Shown here one piece after another: positions 47,103 to 55,964 of a DNA stretch of 64,000 nucleotides. Where the stretch lies: contig JACVGW010000002.1 in the NCBI GenBank assembly GCA_018992565.1, positions 1 to 64,000 on the forward strand, in the 5' to 3' direction. Numbering within the stretch: position 1 is the stretch's first letter; each line of letters starts with the position of its first letter. The notes beneath the pieces were generated by a model. The model saw nothing but the letters and a program-made list of their open reading frames with translations, had not been told where the DNA came from and searched no databases. Origin of the DNA: Theionarchaea archaeon (GTDB lineage Archaea > Methanobacteriota_B > Thermococci > Methanofastidiosales > SZ-28-30). The translations under genes and the position numbers were made by a program.

Positions 47103-47399
47103 ATGGACCTTCAAGCTGCACTGTCTGAAAGCGACCGAGGAACCCTTCTTCACGTTCGTGTTATACCGGGTTCGAGAATGTATGAGATATCCTATGATGT
47201 GTGGAGAAAAGAGCTGAGGGTCAAAGTGATGGCTCATCCACAACGTGGAAAAGCCAACCAGGATATCGTGTCTTTCCTGGAGCGTTATTTTAAGAACCCA
47301 GTCATTGTGACAGGTGCTACAAGTCGCTCCAAGACGATTAGAGTCGACAACTCATTCAAGGAAACCACTACCATCCTAGAGGGTGTTGTTCATGAATGA
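47103..47399 (+). CDS. DUF167 (YggU family) protein
   Basis: VRVIPGS, PQRGKAN and GATSRSK motifs. Confidence 0.88.
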   Translation: MDLQAALSESDRGTLLHVRVIPGSRMYEISYDVWRKELRVKVMAHPQRGKANQDIVSFLERYFKNPVIVTGATSRSKTIRVDNSFKETTTILEGVVHE

Positions 47400-47763
47400 T
47401 AGAGAACGAGTGTTGCATCTCATTGAATCACTGAAGAACGAGCCCGAAGCGGTCATACTGGTGGAAGGTCACAGAGACTACCTGGCTCTCCGGAAGCTAG
47501 GGATAGAACACACCATAGAGAAGATCAGTGGAAAGAGAATACTTGATGATCTTTCATTCCTGGAAGGCAAGAATGTCATACTTCTCACTGATTTTGACAG
47601 TGCAGGCCGCAGGCTGTTCAAGACCCTGCGAACAGAACTGGAAGTTATGGGGTTTAAACCAAACCTGTACTACTGGCAGCAGTTGCAGGAAGCCCTGAGG
47701 GGCGAGATAACCCAGATTGAAGAACTCTCAAGATTCGCTCAGGACTTTCACCAGGTCATGTAA
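47392..47763 (+). CDS. Small stand-alone TOPRIM domain protein
   Basis: ILVEGHRD and LTDFDSAG motifs. Confidence 0.88.
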   Translation: MNDRERVLHLIESLKNEPEAVILVEGHRDYLALRKLGIEHTIEKISGKRILDDLSFLEGKNVILLTDFDSAGRRLFKTLRTELEVMGFKPNLYYWQQLQEALRGEITQIEELSRFAQDFHQVM

Positions 47764-48394
47764 TCCCCAGCAGTGACTTTGCTTTTTCCACAGCATCTCT
47801 GGCATCTTCTCCATACGCATCTGCGCCAATTTTGTCAGCAAATTCCTGAGTGAGTGGAGCTCCCCCCACCATGACCTTCACCTGATTTCTGAGTCCTTTC
47901 TCCTGAATTGCTTTAATAATATTCCCCATTTCCTGCATGGTGATTGTCAGAAGGGCGGACATTCCCACAATGTCAGGATGGTGCTCTTCGATCTTCTGGA
48001 TGAAGGTATCAGCTGACACATCAACTCCCAGGTCTACAACATCAAACCCGGCCCCTTCCATGAGCATTCCTACAAGGTTCTTTCCAATGTCATGAATGTC
48101 CCCCTTGACTGTTCCTATCATGAAAGTCCCTCTGGGTTCGACTCCATGCTCAGATAACAACGGCTTCAGAATTTCAAGACTAGTATGCATGGCTCTCGCA
48201 GAAATGAGGACTTCAGGGACGGATATCTCCATGGTCCTGAATTTCGTCCCCACAACATCCATCCCCCTGATCAGTCCCTGGTTGACAATGTCAAGAGGTG
48301 CAACCCCGGAAGAAAGTGCCTTTTCAGTGAGTTGTTTTACCTGTGGAGCATTCCCCTCAATGAGTGCTTCTGCAATCCTGTCCAGTTCGCTCAT
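47756..48394 (-). CDS. Corrinoid (B12-binding) protein, MtbC/MttC-like
   Basis: Four-helix cap followed by GDIHDIGKNLV, SALLT and VGGAP. Confidence 0.93.
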   Translation of the reverse strand: MSELDRIAEALIEGNAPQVKQLTEKALSSGVAPLDIVNQGLIRGMDVVGTKFRTMEISVPEVLISARAMHTSLEILKPLLSEHGVEPRGTFMIGTVKGDIHDIGKNLVGMLMEGAGFDVVDLGVDVSADTFIQKIEEHHPDIVGMSALLTITMQEMGNIIKAIQEKGLRNQVKVMVGGAPLTQEFADKIGADAYGEDARDAVEKAKSLLGIT

Positions 48395-48442
48395 GAGATT
48401 CGGTGTATTCTTTACCTTATAACGTTTGTGCACAGGAAGTGA

Positions 48443-48841
48443 TTATTCAATTCGTTGTGTCATNNNNNNNNNNNNNNNNNNNNNNNNNNNNNNNNNNNNN
48501 NNNNNNNNNNNNNNNNNNNNNNNNNNNNNNNNNNNNNNNNNNNNNNNNNNNNNNNNNNNNNNNACTAACCCTACGGCAGTGAAATCATGATACTTTCTCA
48601 GAGTAGTAACAACGTCTTCTGCAAGATACCTGCAGTAGTCTCTGTATTCTGGTGTATCATAATCTTCTTTATCGCGGGGAGGCCTTGAGAACCCATACAT
48701 CAATTCCGGGCAGGGCAGCTGAATAAGACTTATATCGTTCTCAATGAGGACTCCGATGATATCACGGGATATCCTCTTTGTTCCCCGGGTCCGGGTTAAG
48801 GGATCCAGCAGACAGTGGCATATCAGGACGTACTTATTCAT
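48443..48841 (-). CDS. DUF523/TudS-related (thiouracil desulfidase-like) protein, interrupted by an assembly gap
   Basis: CHCLLD...LIQLPCPELMYG motif; the 3' end cannot be resolved across the N-run. Confidence 0.65.
   Translation of the reverse strand: MNKYVLICHCLLDPLTRTRGTKRISRDIIGVLIENDISLIQLPCPELMYGFSRPPRDKEDYDTPEYRDYCRYLAEDVVTTLRKYHDFTAVGLXXXXXXXXXXXXXXXXXXXXXXXXXXXXXXXXXXMTQRIE
48464..48563. other. Scaffold gap (100 N)
   Basis: Run of N in the sequence. Confidence 1.
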
Positions 48842-49763
48842 AGATGGGGGTCAGCCAGTTCCTGTACTTCTCATTCTTCCCTCTTACAATATCAAAATAT
48901 GTTTTTTGTATTCTCTTGGTTACAGGCATTTCCTGGTTTTTCACTTCTCTGTGGTCAACTTTCGTCACGGGGGCCAGTTGGACACCAGTTCCGCAGAAGA
49001 ATATTTCATCACTGACGTACAACTCCGACCTGTGAATGGGCCGCATCTCTACAGGGATACCCAGGTCTCTAGCTACCTGCATCAAGGTCCGCCTCGTGAT
49101 TCCTTCCAGAATATCAGCATACACAGGGGTAGTGATGATGGTGCCCTTCCTGACGATGAACAGGTTCATGGCAGAACCTTCGGACACATACCCGTCCTCG
49201 GTTAAGAAGACTGCATCGTTAAACCCTGAAAGCGTAGCTTCAGACTTGGCGAGACAGGAATTTGCGTATGCGCCTGAGATTTTTCCCCTGGCAGGAATGC
49301 ACACATCAGGAATCCTCCTCCAGGTGCTTGTGCACACGTGGAGACCTCCTGATAGGGGTAGGTACTCACCGAATCCCAGTGCGAACATGAGAAATGAATT
49401 CGGTACAGTCGTAATATCCATGCCCACGATCTTGGGCCCGACACTCTTGAAAGCTAGAGGCCTGATGTACACGTCGCACTTGAATTCATTCTTTCGCAAG
49501 AGCTCTTTCGTAATATCTATGAGCTCATCTACTGAGTACTTCAGGTCAATGAAGATAATCCTGACTGAATCATGCAGCCTTTCAAAATGGTCTCTGATTC
49601 TGAATACGTATAGCTGGTGTTCCTCTTCATTCCAGTAGCCGCGAAGCCCCGCAAAAACAGCAGTTCCATAATGCAATGCATGGGTAGATACTGGCACCTT
49701 GGCCTCCTCCCATGGGACGAATGTGTCCTCCAGAAAGCAGAATTTTGGTAGATCGATCTCCAT
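48834..49763 (-). CDS. ilvE: Branched-chain amino acid aminotransferase
   Basis: HALHYG, YIRP, GKISGAY, EGSAMNLF, LEGITR and CGTG motifs. Confidence 0.95.
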   Translation of the reverse strand: MEIDLPKFCFLEDTFVPWEEAKVPVSTHALHYGTAVFAGLRGYWNEEEHQLYVFRIRDHFERLHDSVRIIFIDLKYSVDELIDITKELLRKNEFKCDVYIRPLAFKSVGPKIVGMDITTVPNSFLMFALGFGEYLPLSGGLHVCTSTWRRIPDVCIPARGKISGAYANSCLAKSEATLSGFNDAVFLTEDGYVSEGSAMNLFIVRKGTIITTPVYADILEGITRRTLMQVARDLGIPVEMRPIHRSELYVSDEIFFCGTGVQLAPVTKVDHREVKNQEMPVTKRIQKTYFDIVRGKNEKYRNWLTPIYE

Positions 49764-49876
49764 TCTCTCACCAGTCTCACCTCTGGAATATCACATATAA
49801 AGCTAATGGACACCACATGGTGGGCACAGTAATGTTTAAATGATAGGTTCTTATTGAGGAAAAGCGAGGAATCCAT

Positions 49877-50764
49877 ATGGAAATCAAGTCCAGCTTCGCA
49901 AGGATAGGAATTGTGGTTTTGCTCCTGAGTACTGCATGCATCAGCCAGAAAGAACTGACGGTTGAGGAGTGGAAGCAGCAGTTGGTTTTTGTGACTCCTC
50001 CTCTGGGCCAGGACCCCACGAGCATGATTGCAGGGATCAGCAACGTTGGAATACTTCCGGTGGGGGCGCACTTTGAGGTCGAAGCTGAATACTCGGGAGC
50101 TGTACAGGGTGTCAGTGTGGATGCTCATATGGCAATTGGTATTACCGTCCTGGAACGGCAGGTTTCACGTTCTGAGTTACTGACTGTTCTGGGTGTGACC
50201 ATTGATTCTCACTATGAAAGCCAGAACGAGGCTGTTGATGTCACGGTTGAGGGCACTGAGTGGCTGGATGGGGAAGGTGTCCCTGTTCGGATTGAGGAGG
50301 AAGTGACTATTAACGTGGGTGGGTTTGACGTTCCTATGGGTTTCATGCTGAATCGGACAGGAGAGAACATGTGTGGAGATCGAGAGTGCTGGGTCTTCAT
50401 GGGAACGCAGACCATCAACCTGTCTGGACTTGGAGAGAGTCGAATCCTGGGGTATCTGGACAAAGAGAGCGGAATTGTGGTAAGAGCCATGACCAGCATC
50501 GGCGGAGAAGAAGTGGACACAGGATTCATGGAGCCTCCTGTGACAGTGGATACATTCACCTGGGAGTTGGGATCACAGGAGTCAGTATCAACTGACAGAG
50601 GAAGAATCAAGTGTCAGGTCATTCATCTCATGGATAATAGTCAGAAGGTGGGAACACTATGGGTGAACAAGGATATTCCAATACCTGTGCAAATCGTCCG
50701 CTCCTATATGTCATCCTACATGGACCTCAATGTGACTGTAACCCTCGTTTCTTACCAAGTGTAA
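49877..50764 (+). CDS. Putative lipoprotein, paralog 1 (beta-rich)
   Basis: Lipobox-like STACISQ; similar throughout to the two downstream paralogs. Confidence 0.75.
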   Translation: MEIKSSFARIGIVVLLLSTACISQKELTVEEWKQQLVFVTPPLGQDPTSMIAGISNVGILPVGAHFEVEAEYSGAVQGVSVDAHMAIGITVLERQVSRSELLTVLGVTIDSHYESQNEAVDVTVEGTEWLDGEGVPVRIEEEVTINVGGFDVPMGFMLNRTGENMCGDRECWVFMGTQTINLSGLGESRILGYLDKESGIVVRAMTSIGGEEVDTGFMEPPVTVDTFTWELGSQESVSTDRGRIKCQVIHLMDNSQKVGTLWVNKDIPIPVQIVRSYMSSYMDLNVTVTLVSYQV

Positions 50765-51025
50765 GAAGAACCCCACTCTTGTACTAGCGTATAGAAGAGA
50801 ACTCATAGCAAGTGACCGTCCCTCCAGGAAGGGCGAGGGCAGCGATCAAGACAATGAGTATACTCCTATTCTCTTTTTACTTTGCGTAATGATCCAGAAC
50901 AGGTCCAAAGTCGTACTTCCCGGTAGTAGAAACTTCTAGGCTGCATAAGAAGACGAGTGCCAGCACCAGATTCCAGGGAAAACCTTTAAATTCTTCTCTC
51001 CATTAGAAGAAAAAAGGTGTGCTGT

Positions 51026-51712
51026 ATGAAAAGACATTATTTGAGTATTGCTATTGCCATAGTCCTTCTTTCTTTGTGTATTGGGCAGGAGGAAGAATGG
51101 ACTGTGGATGACTGGAAGGACCATCTCATGTTTGTCAATCCAAGCGGGACTCAGGGAGGCATTCCAGGATTCGTGCCCACTTCTGGCACAGTCAGGACGC
51201 TTCCTGTGGGAACACACATGGTGTTTACTGTTACATCTGAAGGTCAAGTGGGGGAGCTCGAGATGCCCACCAGTATGGTTCTGGGGTTGACGTATCTGGG
51301 GACAGAACGCGTCAATGGGAAGGAATGTGCAGCGTTACAGATTGCTATGAACATGGAGATGGAGATGTATGGAGAATCGATGGCCATGACCAGCGAAGGA
51401 AAAGAATGGATTGGAGAAGATGGTGCGCCAGTGAAAATGGATTTCCAGGCCAAGGGGAGTATGGCAGGGATAGAAATTCCCATTTCACTCACCGGTATTC
51501 TGACAGAAGAGACAGTATACCAAGGGTATGATTGCTGGGTGTTCACCACAACCCAGAAAGTGGACATGGCAGGCCCTTCTACCGAAATGGAAATGATCAT
51601 GTACATGGACAAGGAGAGTCGGGCGTTTGTGCGCATAGTGGCGAAAATGGGAGATCTCGAACAGGATTCAGGATACATACAGCCTATTTTCTCAATTGGA
51701 CCCTCCACATGG
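51026..51712 (+). CDS. Putative lipoprotein, paralog 2 (3' end lost in gap)
   Basis: LSLCIGQEEEWTVDDWKDHLMFVNPSG; very similar to 52308-53201. Confidence 0.75.
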
Positions 51713-51812
51713 NNNNNNNNNNNNNNNNNNNNNNNNNNNNNNNNNNNNNNNNNNNNNNNNNNNNNNNNNNNNNNNNNNNNNNNNNNNNNNNNNNNNNNNN
51801 NNNNNNNNNNNN
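51713..51812. other. Scaffold gap (100 N)
   Basis: Run of N in the sequence. Confidence 1.
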
Positions 51813-52307
51813 TACGTATCAAGGTGAGAAGATCTGTTTATCATGGAAACACATACTGTCAGGATACTATTGAGAGCTCAAGAGACACAATGGAAGAAGA
51901 GAGACACAGGCCCCCGGTCCTACATCCTGAAAACCAAGAATCAGAGTGTCATTGTGATCCAGACCACGTAGTACCCTGCAGCGAAGATCTGCTGGATCAA
52001 GGATTATGGATTTTTCTGGTGATGTGAGCTTCTGCCCCATTTTACCGGTGGTTATCTCCTTAATGAGCAACGTTCGAAATCCAGCGGGCACTATAATTAG
52101 ACTATTCTTGCTCCTGAATTGTCCACCGTACTGATTTGTAACAGAATATTGACGTGGCATATGAATAATGGACAGCTCTCATGACTTGTCTGGACTGTAG
52201 GATCTTCTGACCAGACTTCATGCAGTGGGACGCTCCTTTTTGCATTGCAGGATCACAAGAGAAATCTTTAAATTCTTCTCTTCCTTAGTAGAAAGGAGGT
52301 GTGCTGT

Positions 52308-53201
52308 ATGAAAAGGAATTACTATTTGATTGTCGCCATTACCACAGTACTCCTTTCTTCATGTATTGGGCAGGAAAAGGAATGGACTGTGGATGACTGG
52401 AAGGACCATCTCATGTTTGTCAATCCAAGCGGAACCCAGGGAAGCATTCCAGGCTTTATACCTACCTCGGGCAATATAAGAGACCTCCCTGTAGGAACAC
52501 ACATGGTGTTCGATATTTCATCAAAAGGAGAAGCAAGGGGTCTTGAGCTACCCATGAACCAGGTCCTGGGGTTGACGTATCTTGGGATAGAACCACTCAA
52601 TGGGAAGGAATGCGCTGCGTTGCAGGTCTCCATGAATATGGAATTGGAGATGCTTGGGGAGTCAATGATCTTAACCGGCGAAGGAAAGCAATGGATTGAT
52701 GAAGATGGTGCACCAGTGAAAATGGAGATGAGAGGCAGTGGAAACGTGTCCGGGATGGAAATTCCGATCGCCATTAATGGTGTTCTCACAGAAGAGACAG
52801 TATACCAGGGGCATGATTGCTGGGTGTTCAACATAACTCAAGAAGCAGAGATGATGGGCATTTCCAATAGAACAGAGATGACTATGTACCTGGATAAAGA
52901 GAGTCGAGCCCCAGTGCGAATGAAAATGAAAATGGGAGATCTCGAACAGGATTCAGGCTACATTCAACCCTTTTTCTCAATTGGACCATCCACATGGGAG
53001 CTAGGACCAAAAGAAACTATAACAACCCCTCTGGGAACCTACGAGTGTCAGGTCATTCACATAATGGAAGAAGGAAAAACAGTGGGTACAATATGGGCTA
53101 CCAAAGATATGAGGACTCCGTTAAAGTACGTTTATGTCTCCGGGGATGAAGAATCCAGTCTTGAAACGACCCTGGTTCTCACAGAATATAGCTCTGGCTG
53201 A
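52308..53201 (+). CDS. Putative lipoprotein, paralog 3
   Basis: LSSCIGQEKEWTVDDWKDHLMF; C-terminal ETITTPLGTYEC...GTIW. Confidence 0.78.
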   Translation: MKRNYYLIVAITTVLLSSCIGQEKEWTVDDWKDHLMFVNPSGTQGSIPGFIPTSGNIRDLPVGTHMVFDISSKGEARGLELPMNQVLGLTYLGIEPLNGKECAALQVSMNMELEMLGESMILTGEGKQWIDEDGAPVKMEMRGSGNVSGMEIPIAINGVLTEETVYQGHDCWVFNITQEAEMMGISNRTEMTMYLDKESRAPVRMKMKMGDLEQDSGYIQPFFSIGPSTWELGPKETITTPLGTYECQVIHIMEEGKTVGTIWATKDMRTPLKYVYVSGDEESSLETTLVLTEYSSG

Positions 53202-53401
53202 TTTTTCAACTTTTTTCTTTTCCTTTATTGACGGAAACCATGACTGAGAATTGCATATGCGAGCAGGTAGTACAGAGACCACGAGAGGATGAGCTGAATT
53301 GCACTGCAATTTAGGAACCTCTCGATTGCCTGGGAACACCGGTCATGAGAGATTTAGTAGTACTACTCCAAAATGGAGGAGCCGGTGTTGACCTGCTGGT
53401 C

Positions 53402-53539
53402 TCAGTCTTTGAACGATGCCCATATCGATATGAAACCGACAGCCGCCAAACAGAGACCAGCAACAATATTCGTCCGAGGACCAATCCCCATGGCAAGCAG
53501 AAGGAAGAAGATTCCAAACAGAAGACCCTTCCAGTTCAT
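53402..53539 (-). CDS. 45-aa two-helix membrane microprotein
   Basis: Not in the ORF track. Translates as MNWKGLLFGIFFLLLAMGIGPRTNIVAGLCLAAVGFISIWASFKD with GGAGGTGA immediately upstream. Confidence 0.6.
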   Translation of the reverse strand: MNWKGLLFGIFFLLLAMGIGPRTNIVAGLCLAAVGFISIWASFKD

Positions 53540-53922
53540 TTTTTCACCTCCTCAGGTTTTCTCTTTTCTTGCCCAGGCCGCAGGACATCACCTGAAGTAC
53601 AGATTCTATGATTATTCTCATCCCGTGGCAGAAGGCAAAATCAATACCATTTTAGACCCCTCTTTCTGTACTACTAGAGTTATTCTCTTGTAGCACTACT
53701 TCTATTTCCGGAATATAAGTATTTTTCTCCCCTAGCATAGGCAAAGAATATCACTTTTCTTCAGTTCTAAAGACGTTGTATCATTTTCAAAATCAGAAAA
53801 ATACAGGAAAAGAAATCGAAATTGCCAACCTTAGTAAATTTGAATAGAAAAGTCTTGAATATTTGAAAGAATAACATTTAAGGTTACAAGAGTCTGTTAT
53901 CCCTTGCTCATAGTACTCGAAA

Positions 53923-54717
53923 TTATCTCAAGAGTTTTTTTGCCTTGATAATTGGTTTATTGAACTTTTCCAGCATGTTCGCTACTGAACTTCTATCAGG
54001 TGTTCCCTTCCAGTCCAGAATGAAGGCATCGCAGCCTCCGTTTTTCTCAAAGGCTTTTCTGACATTTTCTTCTGTCACAGGCACATACTTGGCCAGGACA
54101 TGGCCAATAGCGTATTCTCTGTGCAGGACAACCCGTGTGTGCTTCTGGCAGTAGTGGCCACCCCCAATCCCGACAGCTGTGGGAAACGTGTACTGCGGGT
54201 AGGCGAGAGATTTCATCAGGGCAACTGCAACTGCTTCTCCTGCCTTCTTGTTGACCCATTGGTCTGGTCCAGATCCAATCTCGATGAACATGGTGGGGGT
54301 TTCAGTGAGAGGCCCGTGATGCGTGGCTTCCATGGACACCTCAAATTCCAGACTCAGTTCATCTCTCTGGGCCTTGAGTTCTTGAAGGCCCAGTTTTTGA
54401 GCTACCGGATTGGAAAAACAGATTTCGCCAGGAGTTCCTCCATAATCTGCAGCTCCGAAATTCCCGGGAGTGTGTACTGTCAGAGAGGGAACTCCGGCTT
54501 CTGAAGAATGCCGGGAAGCAAATACAATAAAATCCACGTTCTCGAAGGGGTTCTCAGCGAATTCTGCATATACTGAGTCTTTCTCTATGAAGACCAAAAG
54601 AGAATTCTGGTATGTGTATTGTGACTCACTAACCTTTTCAAAGTCGAATAATTCCAGTACGTGATGGGCAATATTCATACCTGCCAGGTCCTGAGTTGAT
54701 GCCAAGATGAGGTTCAT
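53923..54717 (-). CDS. dtdA: Archaeal D-aminoacyl-tRNA deacylase (DTD2)
   Basis: SRHSS, LTVHTPGN, EATHHGP, FIEIGS and GGGHY motifs. Confidence 0.95.
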   Translation of the reverse strand: MNLILASTQDLAGMNIAHHVLELFDFEKVSESQYTYQNSLLVFIEKDSVYAEFAENPFENVDFIVFASRHSSEAGVPSLTVHTPGNFGAADYGGTPGEICFSNPVAQKLGLQELKAQRDELSLEFEVSMEATHHGPLTETPTMFIEIGSGPDQWVNKKAGEAVAVALMKSLAYPQYTFPTAVGIGGGHYCQKHTRVVLHREYAIGHVLAKYVPVTEENVRKAFEKNGGCDAFILDWKGTPDRSSVANMLEKFNKPIIKAKKLLR

Positions 54718-54971
54718 CACGTTCAGTAACCATCATGACTTAAAGCTTTCACCTTTGCGCGCTTGATTTCTTCTGGTACTGTGGTGACGGTGGAACCCGA
54801 GGCCAGAGGATGTTACAGAGAAATAGTCATTATTGCCATTCCAGATCGCCATCAATTATAACATAATAACATCTGGGAAATAATAGTTAGTATATAGTTT
54901 CTCATAGCTTTTCGTGATAACCCATCACTATTTATATGTCTACACAGTTCTCAGTACAAGGAGGTTATTTC

Positions 54972-55880
54972 ATGAGTTCAGTATGTGCAATCTATTCAAT
55001 CCAGCCTGGCAAAGTCGCCAATACCCTCATTGTTGAGCAGGTCTGGTCTGTGGCTACGGGAACATTGCCTGAGGGATATACTAGCATTTTTCCCTTCGCC
55101 ATTAACAGCGACTCCTACATGCTCATGTATGACAAGACCACTCATGAGGCAGATATGTACTTGATAAAGGGTACGACCTGGATGAACAGGGTAGCAAGTC
55201 AAGACCTGGATTCTGGCTTTGATATTATGAATTCGTTTTTACTCGCCAATCAGCCACACATTCTGGCGTATAATGCAAAATCAGGCACATTCGAGTTCTT
55301 TCTGATTGAGCAAAATCTGACGCTCTCTTTGTTGTACACCTATTCGAAATCGTATGGTGATGATGCCACAGTGGGGTACACCACGGTGCAGCCCTTTTCA
55401 TATCGGGGATCAGTGTACTATCTGTGCTACAATTTTGACACAGGGGGAATTGCAGTCTACCAGTTGTCTGTACCTGAAACAGAACCGCTGAAGACTACAG
55501 GAATATATCTGCATGAATGGGCTCAGGGCTGGACTCGGTTTGCATTCTTTAAGGTTGGCGGTGAGAATTTCTTCCTCAAGACTAATACCAAGTATGTCAA
55601 TGTAAACATTGACCACATTGTTGATGATCCTTCTCAGGGTTCTCATCCTGTGGGGACGCATCTGAACCTTCCCCAGGACCTGGATACTGTGGCAGCATTC
55701 TCCATGAATGGAGGAGACCCGTACTTTGTTACCTACAAAAAGAGTGGGGAGACCACGTTCAACAGAATCCATGGGGACTGTCTCGGCTGGACGCAGGAAG
55801 CTGCCCTTTCCACGGTGGAAGATGCGAGTCTTGCGGTTCCATTCCAGATAGGTAGTATGAATTATGTACTCATTTACTGA
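54972..55880 (+). CDS. Uncharacterised beta-propeller-like repeat protein
   Basis: About six ~48-aa repeats of the form (W/Y/F)xxxxxFxxxGxx(Y/F)hhxY; GGAGGT RBS; no signal peptide. Confidence 0.65.
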   Translation: MSSVCAIYSIQPGKVANTLIVEQVWSVATGTLPEGYTSIFPFAINSDSYMLMYDKTTHEADMYLIKGTTWMNRVASQDLDSGFDIMNSFLLANQPHILAYNAKSGTFEFFLIEQNLTLSLLYTYSKSYGDDATVGYTTVQPFSYRGSVYYLCYNFDTGGIAVYQLSVPETEPLKTTGIYLHEWAQGWTRFAFFKVGGENFFLKTNTKYVNVNIDHIVDDPSQGSHPVGTHLNLPQDLDTVAAFSMNGGDPYFVTYKKSGETTFNRIHGDCLGWTQEAALSTVEDASLAVPFQIGSMNYVLIY

Positions 55881-55964
55881 CTTTTCTTCTCTTTTCTTTT
55901 CCTCTTTGCCTTCTTATTTGTCTTTTATGTATCTTTCATTTCTCCGTTCTTTCCCAGGTTTCTT
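55881..55964 (+). terminator. Long pyrimidine/T-rich tract between convergent genes, putative archaeal terminator
   Basis: CTTTTCTTCTCTTTTCTTTTCCTCTTT... directly after the stop codon. Confidence 0.45.

Noticed and set aside
51813..52027. Apparent alternative C-terminus of lipoprotein paralog 2
   Set aside because: It arises from reading through a 100-N placeholder gap and has no similarity to the other paralogs' C-termini.
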